A program made the position numbers and the translations under genes. The notes under the pieces were generated by a model. It made no database searches, was not told where the DNA came from, and was given only the letters and a program-made list of their open reading frames with translations. A stretch of DNA of 64,000 nucleotides from Alphaproteobacteria bacterium (lineage in GTDB: Bacteria; Pseudomonadota; Alphaproteobacteria; UBA7887): positions 224,001-288,000 of the forward strand of contig CBDCGL010000011.1 in assembly GCA_965216755.1 (NCBI GenBank), in the 5' to 3' direction. Positions 8,594 through 17,331 of this stretch are shown piece after piece (within the stretch, counting starts at the first letter, position 1; each line of letters starts with the position of its first letter).

Positions 8594-10984
8594 CTAATCG
8601 GCCGGACGAATGAGAATATTGGACACCTGATCGACCTCACCGACATGGTCCGGCAGAACCAACGTGGTCGAATCCATTTCGGTCACAACCGCGGGGCCTC
8701 TTATCCGGTCGCCAGCCAACAACTTAGACCGGTCATAGATCTTTGCCGGATGTTCGCCGCCGTCGACAAACACTCTCGATGTCTCATAGACCGCGTGCGC
8801 GCCGTCGTTGCCGCCGGCGGCCAGCGTTTCCGCCTTGGCGAGGCTTTCACGCCCTTGGACGATCGCGCGCAGATTGTAGAGCTCGCGCTCGGCATCCATC
8901 GAAAACGTAAATAACTGCTCGTGCAACTTGTCAAAGCGTTGCGCGATTTCACCGAGCCCGCCGCCGGCATAGTCCTCCGGCGTGATATCCACGGTCAGTC
9001 GCATGCCTTGGCCCGCATATCTCAGGTCGACCTGGTACATCGTGGTTTGCTCGTCACGCGGCACGCCTTCATCGTCCAGCGTGGCCGAAGCGGCGGTGGC
9101 GAGATCTTCAAGAATGCCGTGGACCTCCGCGTCGCTGGTATCCGATATGCGCCGGACGAATGTCCGCGACGCTTCATCGCGTACGCGCGTCGTCGCGTCG
9201 CCATAGGCACACAACACACCCGGTCCGGGGGGGATGACGACCGGCCACGAACCCATGAGCTTGCCCAGCGCGTTGGCGTGCAGTGGGCCCGCGCCGCCGA
9301 AGCCGACCAAGGCGAAGTCGCGCGGGTCAAAACCTTGCTCGACGGAAACCAGGCGCAGCGCCCCGAACATGTTTTCGTTGACGATATTGACGATGCCTTC
9401 GGCCGCTTCCATCAACGGCAATCCCATGGCGTCGGCGATTTTGGCGACGGCCTCTTCAGCTTTGTCGCGGTCAATAAGCATGTCGCCGCCAAGTTTTGCC
9501 GTTGCCGGCAGATAGCCGAGCACGACGTTGGCATCCGTCACTGTCGGTTCGGTGCCACCGCGACCATAGGCGGCGGGGCCGGGTTCGGCCCCAGCGCTTT
9601 GTGGCCCGACGCGGAGCGCCTTGGTGAGCTCCGGGACATAGGCGATTGAGCCGCCGCCCGCTCCAACCGTGCGGACATCGATTGAAGACGCGCGTACGGT
9701 CACGTCCGCGACCCGGGTCTCGCGCCGTGTCTGCGCCACGCCCCCTTGAATCAGCGCAACATCGGTTGACGTACCGCCCATATCGAATGTCAGTAAATCC
9801 GTGAAGCCGGCCTGTTTGGCCATCCAAATTGCGCCCGAGACGCCGCCCGCCGGTCCACTCATCAATAGATTAACGGGGGTCGCCTTAGCCGCCTCGGCTG
9901 ACGCCAGGCCACCGTCCGACCGCAAAACGTGGAGTTGTACGCCGTTCATGCGTTTGTTGAGCTCGGCATGAAGGTTTTCGACATACGTCGATACGACAGG
10001 CCGAATGTACGAGTTCACGACCGTGGTTTCGGTCCGTTCATACTCGTACATTTCGGGCACAACTTCCGACGAAATTGAAATCGGCACGTTCGGCATGATT
10101 TGCGCGGCGATCGCGCGGACTTTTTCTTCGTGGGCGCCACTCGCATAAGCGTTCATAAGCGACACTGTCAGCGCTTCAACGCCTTCGGCCCGGAGCCGGT
10201 TCAGATCCTCGCGCAGCTTGGCCTCATCCAAGGGTTCGACGATCTCACCTTTGGCACCTGTGCGCTCATTGGCCTCGATGGTCAATTCCAACGGCGCCAA
10301 CGGATCAGCTTTGTTGTAGATCACCCATCCACCGAGACCGCCAGGCACATAAGATCGGGCAATTTGCAGTATCTGCCGATAGCCCTTGGTGGTCACCAAC
10401 CCAACCCGCGCGCCGCTGGCGGTGAGTACTGTATTTGTCGCAACTGTCGTGCCATGCATGACATGGCCGATAGCTGTAGCTTCGATTCCGGCGTAGTCGC
10501 AGATCCGTTCGATCCCGTTCAAGACGCCGATCGACGAGTCCTGCGGTGTCGACGGGACCTTTGCTGTATAGGTGTGTCCCGTCTTTTCCTCGATTAGCAA
10601 CAAGTCGGTGAAAGTACCGCCGACGTCAACGCCAAGCTGGTACTGGCCGCCCGCGGTTGGGCGCCGCCGTGGTTTCGCCGTCGGCTCGGGGCGCGGCGGC
10701 GCGGGCCGCGCTGTGGTCGGCGCTCGCGCGTCGATCTTGCGTGGCGCGGGCCTTGGCGCTGCTGGTTTTTCCCGGGTACGTGGGGTTTCGACTGGCGCGA
10801 CCGGTGGGGCCACACTCGGTGATGATACGGGAGCCACTGGCGGCGTGGAGACCGGACCGCCGGCAGGCGCAGGCGATCGCGGCGCCGATCGGCCGCCAGT
10901 ACGACCGAGCTTGTCAAATTCTTGGGCGATATCGGCGAGTTGCTTGTCGAACCAACTCGTGCCGTTGCCTGAGTTCTTCGCCAT
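8594..10984 (-). CDS. Hydantoinase A / oxoprolinase alpha subunit with a ~110-aa Pro-rich N-terminal extension
   Basis: Motifs GVDVGGTFTD, HGTTVATN, SGPAGG, DMGGTSTD and GAGGGS. Confidence 0.92.
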   Translation of the reverse strand: MAKNSGNGTSWFDKQLADIAQEFDKLGRTGGRSAPRSPAPAGGPVSTPPVAPVSSPSVAPPVAPVETPRTREKPAAPRPAPRKIDARAPTTARPAPPRPEPTAKPRRRPTAGGQYQLGVDVGGTFTDLLLIEEKTGHTYTAKVPSTPQDSSIGVLNGIERICDYAGIEATAIGHVMHGTTVATNTVLTASGARVGLVTTKGYRQILQIARSYVPGGLGGWVIYNKADPLAPLELTIEANERTGAKGEIVEPLDEAKLREDLNRLRAEGVEALTVSLMNAYASGAHEEKVRAIAAQIMPNVPISISSEVVPEMYEYERTETTVVNSYIRPVVSTYVENLHAELNKRMNGVQLHVLRSDGGLASAEAAKATPVNLLMSGPAGGVSGAIWMAKQAGFTDLLTFDMGGTSTDVALIQGGVAQTRRETRVADVTVRASSIDVRTVGAGGGSIAYVPELTKALRVGPQSAGAEPGPAAYGRGGTEPTVTDANVVLGYLPATAKLGGDMLIDRDKAEEAVAKIADAMGLPLMEAAEGIVNIVNENMFGALRLVSVEQGFDPRDFALVGFGGAGPLHANALGKLMGSWPVVIPPGPGVLCAYGDATTRVRDEASRTFVRRISDTSDAEVHGILEDLATAASATLDDEGVPRDEQTTMYQVDLRYAGQGMRLTVDITPEDYAGGGLGEIAQRFDKLHEQLFTFSMDAERELYNLRAIVQGRESLAKAETLAAGGNDGAHAVYETSRVFVDGGEHPAKIYDRSKLLAGDRIRGPAVVTEMDSTTLVLPDHVGEVDQVSNILIRPAD

Positions 10985-11003
10985 TTAACGTGTCCCGATT
11001 TCG

Positions 11004-11648
11004 CTAGTTGTTACGGCGACGCCATTGTTCAATCCAGTCGATCGCGTGATCGGCAGTGATGACGTCACAATAACGCCGCCCAACGTCGCGAAGATTATCT
11101 TGGTGCGGCCTTTCATCGTGATCGCCCACGCAATCTTCTGGCACAATTGTGCGGAATCCCCACTGAAAGCTGTCAATGACCGAGGCGCGAACGCAACCAG
11201 ACGTCACACAACCCGTGACAATCACAGTGTCAACGTGTTGCTTCAACAAATAAGCCGTTGCAGGAGTTTGAAAGAAAATGGACGCGCCGGACTTGCGCAT
11301 GGCCACGTCGTAACCGGGGTCGAATATGCGTGGGTCGAATTTGGTCGACGGGTGGCCTTCGATGAGATCCTCAGTGACCGTCGTGACCTTCCAATAGGGC
11401 ATATCCTCCCGCGAGTTGTAGGCCGTATAGCACGTCGCGACGGGAACGCCGCTGCGTCGCGCCACCTCCAGCAAGCGGGCTGTATTGTTGACCGCGCGAT
11501 CAATCAATGGCGCACCGCCAAGTTTGTATGCCGGGTCCGTGAATGCAGTCTGAAAGTCGACCACGACGATTCCGGCCTTCTGACCGAAACCAATTTCCGT
11601 ACCTCCGTAGGTGCGTTCTTGGTAGATCTCCGTCGATGAATCCGTCAC
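11004..11648 (-). CDS. Isochorismatase/cysteine hydrolase family amidase (N-carbamoylsarcosine/maleamate amidase-like)
   Basis: Catalytic triad motifs VVDFQ, K.GASIF and GCVTSGCVRASVID; RBS GGGAGGA before the GTG start. Confidence 0.85.
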   Translation of the reverse strand: MTDSSTEIYQERTYGGTEIGFGQKAGIVVVDFQTAFTDPAYKLGGAPLIDRAVNNTARLLEVARRSGVPVATCYTAYNSREDMPYWKVTTVTEDLIEGHPSTKFDPRIFDPGYDVAMRKSGASIFFQTPATAYLLKQHVDTVIVTGCVTSGCVRASVIDSFQWGFRTIVPEDCVGDHDERPHQDNLRDVGRRYCDVITADHAIDWIEQWRRRNN

Positions 11649-11739
11649 CGTGTCCTCCCTTTGGCTCGCCGCTGGCCGGTGTCAAGCGGTTATGGTCGCT
11701 AGGTTATAGCAGGGATTTTGGCGGAGCTCTTTGATTCCA

Positions 11740-12459
11740 ATGGAGATGATGAAACTGGACATTGCCGGCGATGCGCGACGGGCGTTTGACGTGCTGGCGC
11801 GCGGCGGAATTGCGATCCTTCCGATGGACGTTGGCTATTCGCTGATCGGTGGCTCCGACGTCGCGTTAGAGACCATATTCCAGACGAAGAAGCGCGCTGG
11901 GTCAAAGCTGAACGCCATGCTCGGCGACAATACACTGCAACACGAGCTCCAGATACTGGATCAGCGCGGATGGGAGATCGTTGACGCCATTATCGGCGAC
12001 TATGATCTCCCGCTTGGCGCCATCGCGCCCGCGCGAATGGATCATCCCATTCTTCGGAAAATGAGCTCCGATGCGCTTCGGCGTTCAACCAGATTAGACA
12101 CGGTCTTGATGCTACTCAATGCTGGTCATTTTCATGCGGAGATCTGTCGGTTTAGCCGAGAGGCCGTGCATCCGCTGTTCGGTTCGTCGGCGAACCTGTC
12201 GCTTTCCGGTACAAAGTTCCTGGTATCCGATATTGAGCCAGAACTACGGGCGATCGCCGACATCGTCATCGATCACGGTCTGCGCAAGTATCATCTCTAC
12301 CGAGCGTCCTCGACACTTCTTGATCTGAAAACCTTGGACGTCGTGCGCTATGGCTCCTGCTTTGAACTGATCGCGGATATCCTCAAACGCCATTTCAAAA
12401 TTGAACTCCCACCGCCGCCGCCGGGGTACTTGCACACACTGATCGCCGATCGCCTATAG
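11740..12459 (+). CDS. Atypical Sua5/YciO/YrdC family protein (copy 1)
   Basis: GGIAILPMDVGY, KKR and GSSANLS resemble the YrdC KxR and SxN motifs; start codon uncertain (11731-11749). Confidence 0.72.
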   Translation: MEMMKLDIAGDARRAFDVLARGGIAILPMDVGYSLIGGSDVALETIFQTKKRAGSKLNAMLGDNTLQHELQILDQRGWEIVDAIIGDYDLPLGAIAPARMDHPILRKMSSDALRRSTRLDTVLMLLNAGHFHAEICRFSREAVHPLFGSSANLSLSGTKFLVSDIEPELRAIADIVIDHGLRKYHLYRASSTLLDLKTLDVVRYGSCFELIADILKRHFKIELPPPPPGYLHTLIADRL

Positions 12460-12485
12460 ATACGACTCAAGGAAGGGTAGGCTTC

Positions 12486-13202
12486 ATGGACATGTTCGAA
12501 GGGCGGAATATCGCGACTGACGCGCGGCGCATACTTGATACGGTGGCCGCCGGCGGGGTCGCGATCTTTCCCTTGACCGTGGGCTACGGCATGGTAGGCC
12601 ACACCAAGGCTGCCGTCGCGCGCATCTATGAGGCCAAGGCACGCAGTTTCGGCAAACCGTGCGGCATGTTCGCAAACTGGGAATTGTTTATGGAAATCAG
12701 CGATGTTGATGACCAACGCCGCAACATTGTCCGCACGATCATCGACATGCACAATTTGCCGTTTTCAATCGTCGCGCCATTTCGACAAAACCATCCTTTG
12801 ATCCAATCGTTAGACGCATACGCACTCGCGAACGCCAGCAAGTCGGGCACGATGGACTTACTCATGAATGCCGGTGCGCTGCACGATGCCGTCGCGCAAG
12901 GCGCCCGCGGGCGTGGGATGGCGGTCGTCGGGTCTTCTGCCAATCGTTCATTGACAGGAAGCAAATTTCGACTCGAAGACGTTGAGGACCAGGTGCGGGC
13001 CGCTGCCGATCTTTGCATTGATTACGGTCTCAGCCGGTATCACAACGACGAAGGCTTGGGCAGCTCGATTATCGATCTGATCAGTTTTGAAACCATCCGC
13101 GTCGGCTGTGTCTATGATCAAATCTGTCAAATTCTGTTGGACGAACACGCAATCGACCTCAAGGCTATCGGCATGGCCGGCCGAGATCCACAAACTAAAT
13201 AG
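12486..13202 (+). CDS. Atypical Sua5/YciO/YrdC family protein (copy 2)
   Basis: Motifs GGVAIFPLTVGYG, AKARSFGKP, GSSANRS and SSIIDL...IRVG; clear paralogue of the upstream gene. Confidence 0.75.
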   Translation: MDMFEGRNIATDARRILDTVAAGGVAIFPLTVGYGMVGHTKAAVARIYEAKARSFGKPCGMFANWELFMEISDVDDQRRNIVRTIIDMHNLPFSIVAPFRQNHPLIQSLDAYALANASKSGTMDLLMNAGALHDAVAQGARGRGMAVVGSSANRSLTGSKFRLEDVEDQVRAAADLCIDYGLSRYHNDEGLGSSIIDLISFETIRVGCVYDQICQILLDEHAIDLKAIGMAGRDPQTK

Positions 13203-13330
13203 TGTCCGGCTATCAGCTCGGACCATCAATTTCGATCGTGCTGGGGTCGCCAAGGAAACGCCGCCTTGCTAGGTTATGGCCACGGACGCATGAGACTTAC
13301 AATTGCGAACAAGCCGGAAGGAGACCGCCA

Positions 13331-14851
13331 ATGGCGCAGGTTGTGTCGTTCCAAGAACCGATGGAGCAACTGGTCCGCTTTGTCGAGGATACCGCCCCGG
13401 ATCACATGGTTGCGGCAGCGCAAGAGCGTCTGAACGCGGGCGTGCAACCCCGCGACCTGCTCGCGGCGGCGGGTCTCGCCGTTAGTCGATCGACGGAGTT
13501 ACCGCCTTCGCATCACGGTGGACCCGTGCATCCGGTCTGCGGCCTTTCTGCGTTGAACGGATTGACCGAGCGGCTTTCCGGCAAACGTGGATTCCTGCCG
13601 ACGATTCAAGGCCTTGCCTTGGCAAACAGACATATTCACGCGCCAGAAATGGGGCCGGCGGCCATGGCTGTTGTCGACGTCGATGACTTGGTGAAGCTAG
13701 GCAAGAAAACAGTTCTCGACGGATTTCGAGATGCCTTGCACGCACGTGTGGCACCGACGGCCATTCGTCACATGATCGCGCTCACCAAAATGGCGACGCC
13801 CGGGGAAATCATGGAGGGCCTTCTGAGCGTGGCACTGCCCCGTAACGCCCTCGACGATCATTACTTTCTGTACGTGGTTTACGCGTTTCGCGCCCTCGAC
13901 GATCTGGGCTGGGAACATGCCGGCGTCATGCTGCGGCCGCCCGTGCAGTTTCTTACCCGCCACCCGATGATGGAACATGGCGACGGCATGCGCGGTCAGA
14001 TCATCGCCGATGGCATCGCCCTGTACCGTGCTTTCACAGACTTGGAGTCGGCGCTTGACCAGAGTGGTCTGGTTGACTCGCCGCCACCTTTCGATACCAA
14101 TGCCGGCGAATCCCGCGCGATCGATTTGCTCGCAGACGAAATCGCCTTGATCGAGGCGATCCCGAATGTCTCGACATTGCTAATCGATGCCATGGTTGGT
14201 GGACTCTCGATTATGGGTACTTTGGAAGCGATGTCAATCGGCGGTGGCCGACGCTATTTGCGGTCCGACAGTGGCAATCCGTTCGATGTCCATATTCACA
14301 CCGGGGTCAATGCCCGTCGGTATCTACTGGGCTTGCCCGATTTGTCATTGCGCACCAAACTGTTGGCATTGCTGTCTTGGGGGCAGGGCTATGAGGTACG
14401 CCATTTGGATCGCACAATGCGTCACCCCGTCGGTGCCGATCCGCATCAATTGGCGCGTCTGCCACGACGCGACCAAACAACTCTACTCGATGCAATTGCG
14501 GAAGATCTAGCCAGTCTACCGGTTGTCGATCTCACCGCGCTGACGGGATCAATTGCTGACCTGGTTGCCCCGCAGGCATTGGCACACACGATCGCGCTGG
14601 CACAACAATACGCCCAGGCCGGCCATGATCCGGATCCATTCTTCGCGCTAATGGCTGATTTGGTCTGTCACGACGACCAATCCGAAATGCACGCGTACAA
14701 AATGCAGCAGGCCGCCTATGAGGAATACCAGGCGACGCGGGATCCGTTCCGGTGGGTGCACATAGTATCCGCCGCGCGCCATCTTGCTGTGATCATGCAA
14801 ATGCGTCCGCGAACGGTCTATCCGCAGGCTTTGAAACTATTGCCCGCGTAG
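13331..14851 (+). CDS. Uncharacterised helical, His-rich protein (~506 aa)
   Basis: Long ORF; AAGGAG RBS before the ATG at 13331; His motifs HHGGPVH, DDHYF, DVHIHTG and EMHAYK. Confidence 0.75.
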   Translation: MAQVVSFQEPMEQLVRFVEDTAPDHMVAAAQERLNAGVQPRDLLAAAGLAVSRSTELPPSHHGGPVHPVCGLSALNGLTERLSGKRGFLPTIQGLALANRHIHAPEMGPAAMAVVDVDDLVKLGKKTVLDGFRDALHARVAPTAIRHMIALTKMATPGEIMEGLLSVALPRNALDDHYFLYVVYAFRALDDLGWEHAGVMLRPPVQFLTRHPMMEHGDGMRGQIIADGIALYRAFTDLESALDQSGLVDSPPPFDTNAGESRAIDLLADEIALIEAIPNVSTLLIDAMVGGLSIMGTLEAMSIGGGRRYLRSDSGNPFDVHIHTGVNARRYLLGLPDLSLRTKLLALLSWGQGYEVRHLDRTMRHPVGADPHQLARLPRRDQTTLLDAIAEDLASLPVVDLTALTGSIADLVAPQALAHTIALAQQYAQAGHDPDPFFALMADLVCHDDQSEMHAYKMQQAAYEEYQATRDPFRWVHIVSAARHLAVIMQMRPRTVYPQALKLLPA

Positions 14852-15997
14852 TGGCCTGAAGAACGCGCGGATCTCCTCGACCAGGGCATCGGGCTGCTCC
14901 ATGGCGGCAAAATGCCCGCCGCGATCCCGCACGGTCCAACGCTGAATGTCGGTATACACCTGCTCGGCGAGCGAGCGCGTGGGCCGCAAGATCTCGCAGG
15001 GAAATTCGCAATAGCCGGTGGGGACGTCGATGGTGGCACCTTCGGGGATTGGCCAAGGACTGTGCATGCGGGCGTAATACGGCCAAAACGACGAGCCGAT
15101 CGCGCCGGTAAACCAATACAAGCTGATATTGCCGAGCAACTGATCTTTGCTGAAGACCGACTCGATGTTGCCATTGCAGTCCGACCATGCGCGGAATTTT
15201 TCACTGATCCAAGCCGCCAAGCCGGCTGGTGAATCGGTCAATCCAAAAGCAAGGGTTTGAGGCCGCGTTCCCTGGATCCATTGATACCCGGTTTCATCCT
15301 TCAGCCATGCTGCCAATTCATCCAGATATTTCTGTTCTTCCGCCGATGGATCGGCCAACATCTTCGGGTCGCGGCGAAGTGGCATCAGGTTCAAATGGAT
15401 CCCCAGGCAATGGGCGGCGTCGACCAGCCCAAGCCGCGAGGTAATAAATGACCCCCAATCGCCGCCCTGGGCCCCGTAGCGTTGATAGCCCAGCACCTCG
15501 CCCATGAGACCGGCAAAACAATCGACGATAGCCTCGACGCCGAACCTCTCTTGTCCAGGCTGGAATGATAGTCCGTAGCCCGGCAGCGACGGCGCCACGA
15601 CTGTGAACGCATCGGCCGGGTCGGCGCCATGGCGCGCCGGGTCCGTCAACTTCGGAATAATGTCAACGAACTCGAAGACCGAACCCGGCCAGCCATGCGA
15701 CAGCAGTAAGGGCATGGGGGCCGGGCCCTGGCCCGAGACATGCAGGTAGTGCACGTCGATCCCGTGCAGCGGCACTTTGAATTGCGGAAAGGCGTTGAGT
15801 CGCGCTTCCTGCGCGCGCCAGTCAAACTCATGGCCCCAATAGTCGATGAGCTTGCGAAGCCAGGTGACGTCGGTGCCATAGGCCCAGGGTTCACCCGGCG
15901 CTTGGTCCGGGTAACGTGTCCCTGCCAATCTCTGTTTAAGGTCGGCAATGGCGTCATCGGATACTGCTAGTGCAAACGGTTTCGGCGTGGCGCTCAT
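14837..15997 (-). CDS. Epoxide hydrolase (microsomal/EHN type alpha/beta hydrolase)
   Basis: Motifs FDWRAQEARLN, HGWPGS, GGDWGS nucleophile and GGHFAAME. Confidence 0.92.
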   Translation of the reverse strand: MSATPKPFALAVSDDAIADLKQRLAGTRYPDQAPGEPWAYGTDVTWLRKLIDYWGHEFDWRAQEARLNAFPQFKVPLHGIDVHYLHVSGQGPAPMPLLLSHGWPGSVFEFVDIIPKLTDPARHGADPADAFTVVAPSLPGYGLSFQPGQERFGVEAIVDCFAGLMGEVLGYQRYGAQGGDWGSFITSRLGLVDAAHCLGIHLNLMPLRRDPKMLADPSAEEQKYLDELAAWLKDETGYQWIQGTRPQTLAFGLTDSPAGLAAWISEKFRAWSDCNGNIESVFSKDQLLGNISLYWFTGAIGSSFWPYYARMHSPWPIPEGATIDVPTGYCEFPCEILRPTRSLAEQVYTDIQRWTVRDRGGHFAAMEQPDALVEEIRAFFRPLRGQ

Positions 15998-16005
15998 GTA
16001 TCGTT

Positions 16006-16791
16006 CTACCTGAAGGTTAAGCTAACGGTTCCCAAAACACCGAAATTGGCGATCACTTCAGTGCCAGCACGAACAGGCAGGGGCTCAAGACACGTACCGG
16101 TGGTGATGACCTGCCCAGCTCGCAAAGAAATATTGAGTGACGAAAGTTCGTTGACGATCCACGTCAGCGCAATGAGCGGGCCGTCGAGTACGTTGGCGCC
16201 TGTGCCCTCGCGCGTGACCGAACCGACGACCGAACCGGTGACCTTGTGTGTGGCAAGGTCAAGATTGCGCCAAATATCGGGTGCCTCGGGCCCCAACACG
16301 AACTCGTGGGCACACGCATTATCGGCGATTAATTGGGGTGCGCCGACCGTCGCAAAGTCCTCGAATCGCGAGTCGGGAATTTCCAGCGCGGGATGCAAAG
16401 CATCAATCGCTGCCAACAGATCATCAACGTCGTAGGGCTCTCGTCGGGCGGGCAAATCTTGACCTAAGCGGAACGCAAACTCGGGTTCGGCGACGCCCAT
16501 GTGGTTGCGGCCGAATTCCAATCGCGCGCCATGGCCAAAGGCCCTCTCCGCGAGCAACCGTCCCGCGAGCGGACCATCAACGCCAATATGTGACTGCCCG
16601 GCGCGGCTTGTTGCAGCGATTTTCCAGCCGAACAGAGGCTTTGCGCTGCGCGCTTCCAGCGTGGCTTGAATGGCATAGCCATCCTGTCGCGAAGCAGGCC
16701 GCGTATCGGCCGGCAACGCAGCCATAGAGTCGCCATCCTGCCAGTGGCGCCACAACCTATCGGCCGCGTCTCTGACCGCCTCAGGATTCAC
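16006..16791 (-). CDS. FAH-superfamily hydratase/decarboxylase (MhpD-like)
   Basis: Motifs GWKIAATS, EPEFAF, LEIPDSR, ADNA and GQVITTGT. Confidence 0.85.
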   Translation of the reverse strand: MNPEAVRDAADRLWRHWQDGDSMAALPADTRPASRQDGYAIQATLEARSAKPLFGWKIAATSRAGQSHIGVDGPLAGRLLAERAFGHGARLEFGRNHMGVAEPEFAFRLGQDLPARREPYDVDDLLAAIDALHPALEIPDSRFEDFATVGAPQLIADNACAHEFVLGPEAPDIWRNLDLATHKVTGSVVGSVTREGTGANVLDGPLIALTWIVNELSSLNISLRAGQVITTGTCLEPLPVRAGTEVIANFGVLGTVSLTFR

Positions 16792-16896
16792 GCGTTGAAT
16801 TCCGTAAGTTCGACATTTGCTGCTGGCTTGACGCCAGCCCCAGGGCGTTTACCCATTTGGGCCATGCGGGCAGCGAACATAGCTGAGGCGGCCAGA

Positions 16897-17190
16897 CTAG
16901 GCGTCGGTTTCACCGAAATAGCGAATGCTGGGCGGCGCGCCAAACATTTCCGCCATTTCTCCGAGCATGCCGGATTCGGTGCGCCAGGCCAAATATTTCT
17001 CGTAGTGCGGCTTCGATTCCCACTTTTCGACCAAGACCAAAACATTCGGGTTGTCCTGGTTCTGATACGTGTCGACGCCAATGCAACCATCATAGGTGCG
17101 GGTGTCCGGCAAAATGTCTTTAAACTTTTGCAGCAGATCGTTGCCGGCGCCGTCCTTCGCGGTCACTTCAAGCATCACCATCACCGCCAT
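16897..17190 (-). CDS. Antibiotic biosynthesis monooxygenase (ABM) family protein
   Basis: 97 aa with LPDTRTYDGCIG...VEKWESKPHYEKYLAWR; RBS GGAGGA. Confidence 0.82.
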   Translation of the reverse strand: MAVMVMLEVTAKDGAGNDLLQKFKDILPDTRTYDGCIGVDTYQNQDNPNVLVLVEKWESKPHYEKYLAWRTESGMLGEMAEMFGAPPSIRYFGETDA

Positions 17191-17331
17191 GTTGTCCTCC
17201 CCTGGAGAGCAATTTCAAACTGCGTCAAGATGACACATCATAAGGACAGATCTAGCAGCGGACCAAACACATGCGCAAGCCTCATGACGGGAGCGTGATC
17301 CGCGGGCCAGTCGGATTCGGTAGGTAGACCT

